From the NCBI GenBank assembly GCA_951406725.2, contig OX597819.1:33542001-33606000 (forward strand): a DNA stretch of 64,000 bases. Direction: 5' to 3'. This DNA is from Octopus vulgaris (lineage: Eukaryota). A program made the translations under genes and the position numbers. This document shows positions 39,723-53,365 of the stretch, piece by piece. The notes below the pieces were generated by a model. That model was not told where the DNA came from, made no database searches, and saw only the letters and a program-made list of their open reading frames with translations. Position 1 is the first letter of the stretch. Each line of letters begins with the position of its first letter.

Positions 39723-40139
39723 GGATCTTTTCTGTTTGAATGGCAGTTTTTAACATAATTTCTAGGTAACTAAAAAATTTTAAACTTCTTATACTGGTAG
39801 AATGTGTTTATAAAACATCTTTTTCTCTTGGCTTTATTGAGAAAATTCTATAGTTTGTAAGATATTTGTTGTTGTTTTTCTTCAATTTCTGCAATTTCAA
39901 CCAATCAGTGACGTCTATTGAGTTAAAAAACATTCCGTGCCATATGAATATGTCCCTCGTTTAAGAAACAGATTGGGTTTATTTACATTTCTGAAGAAAA
40001 AAAAGATACCCTTCCCCCACCCCTAACCCTAACCCTAAAAGAGATTGAAATGCAATAGATCGATTCTAGGGTCATAATTATGGGTGACAATTTCATATGA
40101 CACCGCTAGAAAAAACTGCTGTTCAAACCGAAAAGATCC
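39723..40139. mobile_element. MITE with ~28-bp TIRs and 8-bp TSD (Merlin/hAT/P-type)
   Basis: TIRs ggatcttttctgtttgaatggcagtttt / aaaactgctgttcaaaccgaaaagatcc, with TSD gcacttta on both sides. Confidence 0.85.
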
Positions 40140-40647
40140 GCACTTTATGAATGTGAAACCCTGGGTAACTCCATAAACCAGCCATAACTATCTTTATATA
40201 TATAAATTTATGTGTATGAATCAGTGTTTACGTTGATGCTGTTAAAACCAGTGATGATGTTGAGTTAGAGTAACATAGGGGTTTTGTCAAATACAACATG
40301 ATGACATAAGTACCCAACTTAAAGATAATTGCTGGAGGTTGATATGCTCAATTAAACCCTTGAAGGCAGCACTCCAGTATGGCTGCAATCCAATAATCAT
40401 TAAAAGATTAAATGAATAAAAATATACAAATATTAAAAGTTAAAATATACTTATTTTAACTTATTGTTATAATTGCAACAACAACCTGAGGATATTTACA
40501 AATAAGCTTAACATGACTGCATCTTCAGTTACATCCTGACTTTCACTTAGCTTTCAGTTATATACTTACACACACACACACACACACCCACAAACGTGCA
40601 TACATGCAACACATGCTGATGTTCATATATATATATATATGTATATA

Positions 40648-40699
<52 letters not shown>

Positions 40700-40717
40700 C
40701 ATACATACATACATACA

Positions 40718-40770
<53 letters not shown>

Positions 40771-40867
40771 GTACATGTATTGAGAAATTCTTAGCATTTT
40801 CTGAACTCTTGTAGCAAAGTAATTAATTTATACACTAAGCTACAATCTAAAAACACTTCAAACAAAT

Positions 40868-40924
<57 letters not shown>

Positions 40925-41305
40925 GGGAATAAGAGAATGAGTTAAGTACAAATATAGTGACATGGCTGTGTCTTGAAATTCATCCTTCTCCTGTTCTGTC
41001 TTCATTCTCTTCAAATTTACCATCTTTCTCATGCTTTGTATCTCCTCTCTCTGTCTATATCTTTCTTTCAGCTCATTTGCATTTCTCTTCCTCTGCCTCT
41101 TTCTCTATTCATGTTATATGCTTAGTATTACACAGAAGTAGGTGGATATGAACTTACTATTGTATTGATATATAGATTTTTGACTTGGCACAAAACTAAT
41201 TTTCTCAACTGTGTAATTAAATGATGTCATTAGAGATAATTACTTACTGGTATGTAGCTTTATGAACTACAATGGGTTGATAAGTAAACCTTTATATGAT
41301 TTTTA

Positions 41306-41403
41306 AAAATATGGAATGCTTCATGAATTTGCATGTCATCCTTGTATAGGGGCCATGCTAATCTTTGTATCATTCCAATTTTAGTATGAGCATTGTTGAA
41401 GCA
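41306..41403 (-). pseudogene. U6 snRNA pseudogene
   Basis: The reverse complement aligns to U6 (ACUAAAAUUGGAA..AGAUUAGCAUGGCCCCU..CAAGGAUGACA..AAAUUC..GAAGC..UCCAUAUUUU). It shows CpG-type transitions and a deletion in the ACAGAGA box. Confidence 0.9.
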
Positions 41404-43654
41404 ATTTATATAATTGTTTGACCTGCAGCCAAATCTCCTTGAAACCTTACATTACCATCTTTAAAAAAAATGATACACATGATAATATACTCCTAGATAT
41501 ACTGTGCCTAAAAAGAGGACTGAATGGTTACATTTGTAAGGCTGATGATGAACAATCTCCTTGTTCTGGAGTGATCTAAGTGCCTGGAAAAAAATCTCTC
41601 TCCTGATCCTCCATTAAATAATGTAATAAAGACAAAGTTATCTCTACTATAATTTGAACATACAACCACTAAGACACAGAACCAAATAATTGAATATAGC
41701 ACTAAGAATCTATTTGAACTATTTCACCTCCCATTCAAAGGATATAAGTATATTCACAGAAAACATTTTGTAATTCTAATTGTTAAAAGCTGCGTATTCT
41801 TTCATTATTTAGTCTATCAAAAGATAACATCAATTTCATGAGTAGATGTTAAAAAAATACGACAAAACGGCATCGGAGAATTCATAATGAAGCATAATGA
41901 AGTTGTCCTCTCTCTCTCTCTCTCTTTTTTTAACAGTTTTAATGAGGAACAACGAAGCTCGACAAGAAGTAAACACAACAATTAGCATTATGCGTCTCCA
42001 CAGTCTTGTTCAATTTTGCAAGTTGCATAGAGGTTGGGCTGGGTACCAAAGAGAGTGCTTGTATTACAATTGTAATAAAACTTAATGTAGCCTTTTGTTG
42101 TAAATAACAGCTTGTAATAGAAACACTACTAATTGTATCACAGCAGGCTTGTGAATGGAGATTAAGATGTAGGAAATCTTAATGAACTGTTTTATTAAGG
42201 AGGATAGAAGAAGACCATTTAGTCGTCAGTATCCTGATTGATACACACTGCTAGCTTTTCTCAGACACTGATCAACAACTCACTTTGAATTCACAACTAG
42301 TCATAAGCTATTTATCTCTGTGGCAGATTCACCAATAACTAATATTGATCTGTTTTTAAGGCACTATACCAATTTTATGAGAGGGACAGCTGTAATTGAT
42401 TGAACCATTATCATCATCACTTGACTAAAATTTACTCTTGTTCTGGGTTCAGTGATAAACCCAACACACATCCTGTTCTGTCATCAGTGTCATAGGATCA
42501 TCACTAGGCACAGCATCACGATCCTTTATCAGAGTTTTGCTATGGCTTTGAAAGGTCAGGCAGGGTTCATCAACCCATGGAATTGGTTCCTAAATAATGC
42601 CCTGCTTTGGATGGAAATTCTGGTTGTTTATCAAACAGCGCAGATATCTTCCTCTTATTTTGTTGGTCATCTGAGGGACATGACCATACTCTTGTTCATT
42701 GCTCACTGTCAACATTGAGCTGATACTGAAAGATATTCTGAACATCTGTGAATAGCAGTCATTTGAAGAATTTGGTCATAAAATTTGAATTGATTCCTTT
42801 TATATTACAGCCTCCCACCCAGTTAATAATAGAGAGAAAAATTTCGAAGTCAATCCCAATATTATTTTGAACTCAGGATTGTGAGAATGAAAGTTATTAT
42901 TTCGACCAACTTTCTTTCTAACCAATAACAACTATTGGTTCCAAATTTTGGTACATAGCCAGCAGTTTCAGAGGAGGGGTAAGTCGATTACATCGATCCC
43001 AGTGCTCTACTACTACTTATTTTATCAACCCTGAAAGAATGAAAGGCAAAGTCAACCTCTGTAGAATTTGAACTCAGAATGTACAGATGAACGAAATACT
43101 GCTTAGCACTTTGCCCAATGTGCTAAGGATTCTGCCAGCTCACCACCTGAAAACAATAACCAATATTAATTCCAGTTTTAGGAATCAAACCAATTTAAAG
43201 AGGCTGTAGCATAGACTTGAGTGAACTTCCTCTCTCCCAATTTATTATATATATGTACATGTGTCCACTACTCTGATTGGTTGGTATTGGTGAAATTGTC
43301 TGTTATTCTGTTGCACCAACTTGCTGTGTATAACCAGTTGGAGTCTCCAAATATGGTCCATCATCTTCATTGCCATTCTTATATGTTCTTAACACACGCA
43401 TACATCTATGCTTACACACACATACATTTTGTTCGCCTGTCTATTATTCTGTATACATGACGCACACAGACACATGTTATTACAGCAATAAATGTTCTCT
43501 TAATCACTCTATGTAGTTGTGTCTCTTTTTCCATTTGGCATTTATTTGTACCATTCAATTTTCTCTTTATTGTATCAGCCATGTGATGTAGTACTGGAGA
43601 GCCATTCTCATCACCTCACACAGGGTTTACAAGGCTACAACTGATTATATAACC

Positions 43655-44222
43655 ATCATTAAGACTTTTGTTAGCCGCTCTCCAGCCATCTATTTAAAAC
43701 TGTATACAGCTATGGTATGACCATGCTTGCAATTCGCATCATTAGTTTGGAACCCCTATCTTGCTCAGAACATTGACCTCCTGGAATCTGTCCAGAGACA
43801 TGCAACCAAACGCATACCCTCCATCAGACACCTACCATATTCTGAGCGCCTTGTTTCCCTGGGCATGGATTCACTGAAGCTCCGGCGTCTGGCAATGGAC
43901 TTGGTAAACACCCACAAAGTTATCAACCACCTCACCAACAACAACAACACTGAACACCTTTTTGATCTCCATGTGTCTAACACACGTGGACATGCCCACA
44001 AAGTCAGAAAACAACACAGCTCCCTTGACTTTCGGAAACATTTTTTCACGCTCAGAGTTGCTGAAGCATGGAATAAACTGCCTGCGTCAGTTGTTGACTG
44101 CCATGACACTGCATCCTTTAAGGCCCTCATGCTTTCCGAAATTCACCGAAACTACACCTGATTATATATACACTTTAGATGAGTTGTAGTGCACCTGAGC
44201 ACTGTACACAATTATTATTATT
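43655..44222 (+). mobile_element. 3' end of CR1-clade LINE
   Basis: ORF 43727-44161 (VWNPY..IDLLESVQRHATK..LPYSERL..RGH..RKHFFTLRV..WNKLP) is the CR1-type RT C-terminus; (ATT)n tail. Confidence 0.88.
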
Positions 44223-45060
44223 ATATTATTATATATTATTTTAACAGAACTTATTTCACCAATGCTTGTCCAATAGCTTTTGGAAAAAGAAAATTAAAAC
44301 ACATTTAGTCCGAAGATTTATAGTTTAAACCAGTGATTCCCAACCATTTTTTGCCTATGGAGCCCTTTGATTCCTATTTTATCCTTCAGGACCCCAATAG
44401 CAATATTATTAGGATGTGTTTGAAAAAATTATTAAAAATTATTCCACATAATTTTTAACTATTAAATTTTATATAGACCCCCACCAAAAGTCATGTAGAC
44501 CCCAGTTTAAATTATCTTATAAATGGAATCATTAACAATAAGCTGTCATTCTGGTAAGCTCATCAATCAATAAACAGGGTAAAGACCCCCTTCAGTCATG
44601 AATGACCATGGGATTGCACCTTGAAAGTTACTCTCCAAGGCACAAGTCCGGGCAAGGTTGTTTATGGAAGACCAGCAGTCACCCATGCATATCAACCTCC
44701 CCTCTCCACATCACCACTGTTATCCAAAGGAAAGGCAAAGGTCAATACAGCTTGGTACCAGTGACATCACGACTCATTTCTACAGTTGAGTGAACTGGAG
44801 CAACATGAAATAAAGTGTCTTGCTCAAGAACACAACACAACCCAATCTTGGAATCAAGCTCAATACCATACATCATTACCACTTACTAGAAATTGTAAGA
44901 ACTTCACCATAGATAATAACAATAACAAAAATGTATTTAAACTATATATTTATACATGTGAATTCTTTGTATCCTTTTATATTCTTTGATTTCAAATTTC
45001 TAAGACCATCTCCCATTGAGAGGGGATAGTCACTTCCCTTTATATTAACAGCCATTTAGG

Positions 45061-45653
45061 GTAGTGGTTCTCAGTCAGGGTCCATATGGCCCTTGAGAGT
45101 CCACATTAGATTTTAAGGAGTCCACAGAACAAAATGATAAATTGGGAATACACATTAGTATTTTAAAGGCCCCTGAAAAAAATTTGTTTTAGACATAGGT
45201 ACTGGTATGTATTGCAAGAAACAGCTAGATTTCTTTCTCTAACATTTTACAAAGTTCAACCTACACAAATTACTGTTAAAAACATTAATAAATAACATTC
45301 TTATTTCTTTATTTACCCACAGGGGGCTAAACATAGAGGGGACAAACAAGTACTGACAAACGGATTAAGTCGATTACATCGACCCCAGTGTGTAACTGGT
45401 ACTTAATTTATCGACCCTGAAAGGATGAAAGGCAAAGTCGACCTCGGCAGAATTTGAACTCAGAATGTAACGGCAGACGAAATACCACTAAGCATTTCGC
45501 TCAGCTTGCTAATGATTCTGCCAGCTCGCTGCCTTTAATAAATATATAACATTCTATAGAACTAGTTTTTAAACATCGAATGGCTATGGGGTCCACCAGA
45601 GCAAAATAGCAATCAAAGGGGGTCCATAGATAAAAAGTGGTTGAGAACCCCTG
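45061..45653. mobile_element. hAT-like MITE interrupted by a SINE (45305-45537); related pieces at 44331-44510 and ~61500-62169
   Basis: Ends tagtggttctca... / ...ggttgagaacccctg; shared ggtccata/ggtccac internal motifs. Confidence 0.55.
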
Positions 45654-48199
45654 ATCTACATATGTTTTCTAAATTCTTGCCTCCCTGGTGGACTCAGTAA
45701 TCAGTGCTTTCCTGATAGATTGGTCAATCATGAAACTTAAATTCATTTGATTTTTTTATCTTTTTTTAATCATTTCTCTAATAAATTGACCAGTATTCAA
45801 CACTTAGTGCTGGCTATAAACTATTCATTACTTACTAAGTATCTTAGGGGTGGTGATGATGGTATTGGTGATGGTGATTGTGATGATGGTAATGTTGAAA
45901 ATGGTGATGAAAAGTGATATTCAATAGCTACTCAACACATTTGAAGATCAACTGACAAATAAAATAAAATTCCACTGTTGACCCAACTTGTAATTTTGGG
46001 AAAGTGATCAAGAATTAATTGCAATTTTACAACTGCTCACTCTGAATAAATGTCATTTATAAGAAGAAGAAAAAAAGAGTGAAAACAGAGGAAAGAAAAT
46101 TATTTGTGATTACAAATCAATAATTGATTTAATGTTTAAATGTCTGAGAGAAATTTTTTTTAATTAAGATTATCAAAAATGCAGGCATGGCTGTGTGGTA
46201 AGAAGCTTGCTTACCAACCACATGGTTCCAGGTTCAGTCCCACTGTGTGGCACCTTTGGCCAGTGTCTTCTACATAGCCTCAGGCTGACCAAAGCCTTGT
46301 AAATGGATTGGTAGATGGAAACTGAAAGAAGCCTGTCATATATATATTTATGTGTGTATGTCTTTGAGTCCATGCTTCTTTTTTCATCACAACCACTTGA
46401 CAACAAGTGTTGGTGTGTTTATGTCCCCATAAATTAGCAGTTCAGTTAAAGAGACTGATAGAATAAGTACCAGACTTTAAATATAAGTATTGAGGTTGAT
46501 TCATTCAACTAAAAATTCTTCAAGGCAGTGCCCCAACATGGCCTCAGTCTAATGACTAAAACAAGCCAAGAGTAAAATATAAAAGGTCATTATTTTGGAC
46601 AATTAACTCATGTTTCAAGTGCATCATCATCATCATCATCGTTTAATGTCCGCTTTCAATGCTAGCATGGGTTGGACGATTTGACTGAGGTCTGGTGAAC
46701 CAGATGGCTGCACCAGACTCCAATCTGATCAGGCAGAGTTTCTACAGCTGGATGCTCTTCCTAATGTCAACCACTCTGAGAGTGTAGTGGGTGCTTTTAC
46801 GTGCCACCGGCACGCAGACCAGTCAGACAATACTGGCAACGGCCATACTCAAATGGCACTTTTTGTGTGCCACCTGCATGGGATCCAGTCCAGCAGTGCT
46901 GGCAACAACCTTGCTCATACTGGCAACGACCTCGCTCGCAAAGCAACGACCTTGCTCGATAGCAATGACTTCACTATTTCTATCCACACTGTATTTCAGT
47001 ATGTGATCTTTATTAGTTGTCTTATTCTTGGATGAGCACATAATTCCAAACAACCATTATTTCCAAAGTAATGCCTATGTTCTTATTTGCTAGGATAATT
47101 GCATAGCTCATTGTATATGCACCTGTGGTGCATACACAATCAATTAACGATAGTCTCTCAACCTGAGAAAGATAGTTCCACAATTTCTTAACTGAACAAC
47201 CTGTACAGGTGATTTGTTTACAGCGATCAAATGTTTGTGCTGCACATAAAGCTCACTCACTCCATCAAACTGACATTGTCTGTACACGTGCAGAGCGTGC
47301 CACACATCAGATGTCAAAAAGATTACAAAGCAATGTAAAATGAAGTGTTTTGCTTTAAAACACAACACACTACCTGGTCCAGAAATTGAACTCCTGATCT
47401 CGTGATCATGAGTGCAATACCCGAACAGCTTGGCTATGTGCCCTCATATCTAATTTATTGTATGTGTAAATACAATATTATTAAAATTACTGTTGTTAAT
47501 TTAGAAATAAAGGTTCCTAGATCAAATCCAGTCTGGGACTAAGTACACATCCTGGAATAAGATACTTTACAATTATTTGAGATCAAATTGATCAAATACA
47601 AATGTAATATAAATATTGTAAATATGTAGATATATGGCACCTTGATGTACTCAAGAAGATCCATCCTTCACTGCAGAAGTGTTAAAGCCACTCCCCTGAC
47701 GAAGAGGATTGGCCTGCAAGACTCCTGTGTCAGTGCCATGTAAAAAGCACTTGTGTTGGTACCAGGTACAAAACACTTATGCCAGCACCACATACAAGCA
47801 CTCACACCAGTACCATATTAAGAACACCCAGAACACACTGTGAAGTGGTTGGCATTAGGAAGGGCATTCAACTCTAGAAACCATGCCAAATCAGACTGGA
47901 TCCTAGTGCAGCTCTCCAGTTGCTAGCTCTGGCCAAACCATTCAATCCATTCCAAAAGGAAAACATCATTAAAGGATGATGATGTTGATAATGATGACCA
48001 TGATGATATATTCTAATGGTAAGGCTAATAGTCTTGAATAATAGATCTTTGCTCTCTTTTTGGTGCTATTTTTATTGCAAATATTCTACTGAAACATTTG
48101 ATGTAAAATAAAAACATCAGCAAAAAATAACAAAAATACAATATAAAAATGCAATATAAAAAAGCGGAAATATTTATATGATAGGAATAAAGACTTTAC

Positions 48200-48420
48200 T
48201 TGGGGTCAGCATTTCTTTGCAGGTGTACTTTTAGTAACCACATGACACTCTGTTTAGGCAGGAAGAGAGATACACACATAGACAACAGCTCCCAGCCTTG
48301 TTGAATAATGTAGGGAGCTGGATTTAGCTTGGATTCAGAGAGGTCCATGATGGATGATGATGGAGATTTATGTGCACTGTCACAAATGAACCAGGAATGT
48401 TTACCACAGAGGAGCAGATT
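48200..48420 (-). CDS. PLEKHH2: Internal exon B (221 nt, phase 0/2), MyTH4 domain
   Basis: Not in the ORF track. Manual translation NLLLCGKHSWFICDSAHKSPSSSIMDLSESKLNPAPYIIQQGWELLSMCVSLFLPKQSVMWLLKVHLQRNADP(K); the GWxLL..C..LFLP motif is typical of MyTH4. Acceptor ttttcag, donor GTAAAG. Confidence 0.92.
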
Positions 48421-49492
48421 CTGAAAAATATTTGAATATTAAATGCAATTATTTCAAATAATGTAAAGAAGAAATATAAGTAAAACTTTCCAAATGAGAA
48501 GCTTAACGAATTTGATAATTTTCAATATTTTTTTTTTTAGAAGCTGAAGCTTCTTAAATTCTCACTCTAATTTTCATGTTCTTGATTATCGAAGCAATTA
48601 AAGAGAGAAGCAGCATGACAATATACAAGCAAAAATATTCATAAACACATCAAAATATGATTAGTTATTTGGCATTGATTGGTTACCAAAAAAGAAAAAG
48701 ATGTATCCCATGTTTACCTATTCACATATCATTGGCAGAACATGTGATGTCTTCATCTATTCACATACAAAAATGTTTTCAGTATATGTGTGAAACACAA
48801 AAGCAAGGAAAGTAGCTATTGTTAATAAGGTTTTAGTTTTGTGCATCCCTACATTAAGGACTCCAAAAGGCATGGTCCTTGTCTTTCAGTGGAGTATAAC
48901 ATCCTATAAGAACCTTTTTTTTCAATTTTGAACAAAATTGGTGAATTTTGATATTTTACACAATTGCTACATACCAACTGGCTTTTCTACATAATTAATT
49001 AGCCATTCTTTGAAAGATGCCATATAGTGAAAAAATGAAAAAAAAAAAAAAAAAAAACAAATATCAAAGCATTCAGTTACTCATCAACACTAAAATCTCA
49101 TTAAAAAAAGCTACCTTCCTTGTTTCCATGTGTTTTACACATTTGATACTAAAGATACAGATAAATTTTTCCAAACATATAGAGGAATATATTATGTTCT
49201 GTGGATGACAACTGAAAAGAAGAATGAGTGACACATTTTCTGAAAGTTTTTGTTCTTTTTGATATCCAATCAGTGTCCATGAATAACCATTTTTCAATGT
49301 GTTTACAAATATTTTTACTTGTATTTTTTCTGTTAATGTGTTTCCCTGTTCTAATCATTTGAATAATCAGCCATGTAAAACTTAGAGTTGTGATTCAAAG
49401 AGCTTCGGTTTTTAATAAAAATAACACACTCTATATACTGAACACTATGTTATTTTGCAAATGCAAATATTCACCAATCCTTATATATTTAA

Positions 49493-49889
49493 CTAGCAGT
49501 ATCACCCGGCGTTGCTTGGGTTTGTAAGGGAAATAACTATATAAGCATTTTTAGAGATGTAAAGTATAATAGCCATCTCAATATGGCTAACCACAAAGGG
49601 GGAGGGTGTTACTGTAGCTTTTTACGTTCTGAGATTTAATAATAAATTTTTAGAGAGTTACTTCCCTTATATATGCCAAAAATGCATTAAAAATGGGAAA
49701 AATTGATGGTAATTTTTTTTTAAATCGTAGACTCATCGTAGACGCGCGCTAATACCCAGAAGGGCTCGATATGAATCACGACTATAAGATACCCGGTTTT
49801 GGTTAAACTGCACTGCAAAATGTGGGAGTAGTTAGGAATCTAAATCGTAGGAGACAGACAGCACACAACCTTACTTTTATATATAAAGA
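49493..49889 (-). mobile_element. Helitron-like element, same family as 17811-18204
   Basis: TC...CTAG termini on the minus strand, high identity to the other copies. Confidence 0.75.
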
Positions 49890-51833
49890 TATAGTTATTA
49901 GCAACGAAAGAACTTGCTTGAACATTAGAAAGAATTGTGTGACCAACCACTAATATGATGAAATAAACAGTAGGATCTGAAGAAATCCCCAATGGTCTGT
50001 GTTGACAATTAATGAGTATAAACTGCCACAAAGGGAGAGAGAAAGGGAAAGAAATAATTTCTGATGGGAGCAAATAATTAGATTGATTGGGAGTGATGAG
50101 AGAGAGAACAAAAGGTTTTTGGATCAATTTATCTCTTGTGTTATAATAATTTGATATACAGCCTTTCTGACATAACACACATATAGTGAGAATGGTAAGT
50201 ACTCACTGAAGTCCAATAATGAAGTTTTGCCATAGTTACAATCAGTATATTACTCTAAGAAGCTGTAATCAACTCCTTAGTCAAGCTCTTCCATATCAAA
50301 CTGGTAGAATTGTTAAATAGTACTGATCACAGAATTATAGTGCATGAAAAACCTATAAATCATGCACTGCTACAATAATGTTATATATATACAGATGTAA
50401 CTGATTGGCATTCTGTTGGTTACAATGACAAGGGTTCCAGTTGATCCAATCCACAGAACAGTCTGCTTGCGAAATTAAAGTGCAAGTGGCTGAGTACTCC
50501 ACAGACCTGCATACTCTTGACATAGATCTCAGGGAGATTCAGCATGACACAGAATGTGATAAGGCTGGCCCTTTTAAATATAAGTACTACTCATTTTTGC
50601 CAGCTGAGTAGCCTGGAGCAACATGAAATACAGTATTTTGCTCAAGAACACAATGTGCCACCAGGAATCGAACTCATGACCTTACAATCATGAGCTGAAT
50701 ACCCCTACCCACTAAGCCACTTCACCATGCACATATATATATATACATATACATATACATACATAAAAAAAGTAATAACATATCTTAAGTTTAATCTATT
50801 TTTCATTGCAATTTCGAAAGGTTCAGTAAATTCAAACATTTACAAAAGTTGCTGCAAAAAGAGTTTCAATTTTCTTTTATCATCATCATCATTTAACGTC
50901 TGCTTTCCATGATCATGGGTTGGACGATTTGACTGAGGACTGGCGAACCAGATGGCTGCACCAGGCTCAAATCTGATCTGGCAGAGTTTCTATAGCTGGA
51001 TGCCCTTCCTAACGTCAACCACTCTGAGAGTGTAGTGGGTGCTTTTACGTGCCACCGGCATGAGGGCCAGTCAGGTGGTACTGGCAATGGCCATGCTCAA
51101 AAGGTGTTTTTTATGTGCCACCATCACAGGAGCCAGTCCAGCGGCTCTGGCAATGACCTTGCTTGAATGCTTTTTCTCATGCCACCGACACAAGTGCCAG
51201 TAAGACAACGCTGGTAACGATCACCCTTGAATGCTGCTTTTTACATACCACCGGCACAGAAGCCAGTTAGCTGCTCTGGCAACTCGGATGGTGCTCTTAG
51301 CACTCCACTAGCATGGATGCCAGTCATCGAATTTGATTTCAATTTTGATTTCACTTGCCTCAACAGGTCTTTGCAAGCAGAGTTTAGTGTCCAATGAAGG
51401 AAAGGTATGCATACCTTTCCTTCATTGGACACTAAACTCTGCTTGCAAAGACCTTTCCATCTTTAATCCTATTACTTTCGAAATTCCTGCAACTTCACTC
51501 CGTTCTGAATTTGAAGGAGCATAGATCAAAGTAAACTGGAATAAAACACAAGGCTGTATGAATCAAGAAATATATGGTGGCATAACTCCAAGATTCTACA
51601 AGGCTACTCAAACCAATTCTCTGTCAAAAACACACAGTAACATCTTGCAGAAGAAAAAAGAATTAAATAATTGTATTTTAAAGAAGGAATAGGGCAAAAA
51701 TCATTGTTAGGTTTGAGAAAGAACAAACATTTGGTAAACGAGTGTCTTAATGCTGTTCAGGCCAAAAAATTAAAAGCCGTAAACATAGCTGGAAACTCCC
51801 AAGAGAAAATGGTTCTCAGTATGAGTAACTTAC

Positions 51834-52013
51834 CTGCATCCCACTCATCTTGCTTTGTACTGGGTGGCGTGATGTCTGTCGTATCAGCTGACAGAAGAGC
51901 TCATTCTGTAGTTGGGGGTGGTCAATGCATAAACCAAGTATGGTTTGTGCTAATGTCACATGATAATCCAATGCACGGGTGTCAAACTGGGTGGCCATGT
52001 ACTGATACACCAA
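51834..52013 (-). CDS. PLEKHH2: Internal exon A (180 nt, phase 0/0) of a PLEKHH1/2 (MAX-1)-like gene; MyTH4 domain N-part
   Basis: Translates LVYQYMATQFDTRALDYHVTLAQTILGLCIDHPQLQNELFCQLIRQTSRHPVQSKMSGMQ, with the MyTH4 hallmark LQNELFCQLIRQT. Acceptor tttcag and donor GTAAGT on the minus strand. The symbol is the closest vertebrate name; invertebrates have a single PLEKHH/max-1 orthologue. Confidence 0.92.
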
Positions 52014-52342
52014 CTGAAAGATGAAGAAAATAACATTTTATACATCGGTGTGCAAGTTGATGTGTGTGTGTGTGTCTGTGTTTGTTTGTTTGTGTGTGTG
52101 TGTGTGTGCATGTGTGTGTGGATGTGTGTGTGCATGTAATCATATGTATGCAGTATGTATATGTATACAAAGCATTTACACACATAGATTTATTCATACA
52201 CATAGAAATATATAAACATGGGATATGTGTATGAGTGAGGGTGTTTGTGTGTGTGTGCATATATTCTTTTATTCTTTTACTTGTCTCACTCATTTGACAG
52301 TGCCCATCCTGGAGCACATGCACACACACATACACATGCACG

Positions 52343-52398
<56 letters not shown>

Positions 52399-52584
52399 CA
52401 GATGATCATTTAGGTGGCCAAAACTGCAAAGTCACTGGCAATACTAATCTTGTTAAAGAAGAATAAATTTGTATTCTGCCAAATGTATTGCATAATCATA
52501 CAATTTAATGTGAAGTTGTTTTTATTATAACATAAAAACAAACATTAATATGTTTGTATATATATGTATTCATATATATATATA

Positions 52585-52630
<46 letters not shown>

Positions 52631-53120
52631 GGTGCCCCAGCATGGCCACAGCTCATAAGCTGAAACTAGAATCAATCAATCAATCATATATATATATATA
52701 TAATATTAGGGAATAAATCCAAACTTACAGGGAAAAATTAAATTTAGGTTTAAATCCAATTTTATAATATAAATATATTATATTATATTATATTAAATTA
52801 GAGATAAAACCACTATTAGGCAAATCAAACAGTGAAAAACATAAGCCAATACATAAAATTAATTTAAAAATATAAAAAGTTAAAAATAAAAAATTATTTA
52901 AATAATTTATACTTATAAATTTTATCAATTTTATATATATATACAAATATATATATATGTATGTATGTATATTCTTATATTTATATATTATTTTATTTAT
53001 AAATTAATTTTTTTATTTATTTAATTAATTTTTTTTTATATATCAAAAGTATTAAAAGTTTAATAAAAGATATTTTTGATTTGCCTAATAGTGGTTTTAT
53101 CTCTAATTTAATATAATATA

Positions 53121-53167
<47 letters not shown>

Positions 53168-53185
53168 TGTATGTATGTATGTATG

Positions 53186-53216
<31 letters not shown>

Positions 53217-53332
53217 GTATATATATACATAGCCAATCCAAACATGAACAAACAAGAAAAAACAACAGTGTGAGGACATGGAATAAGTGCAGTATTATTG
53301 GACGCTCAGCAAGGCAAAGAAAAGAAAGAGGA

Positions 53333-53365
53333 TTTCACGTTTCAAGCGGATCTCTTCATCAGAAA
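53333..53365 (-). ncRNA. Minimal hammerhead-like motif lacking helix III
   Basis: UUU-CUGAUGA-AGAGAUCCGCUU-GAAA-CG-UG-AAA inside a ~210-bp repeat (53231-53440) next to a (TATG)n tract. The cleavage-site base is G, so it is probably inactive. Confidence 0.45.

Noticed and set aside
42480-42790. Possible decayed RTE-type reverse transcriptase fragment (also ~7080-8170)
   Set aside because: Too degenerate to support by eye; it needs a translated search against LINE proteins.
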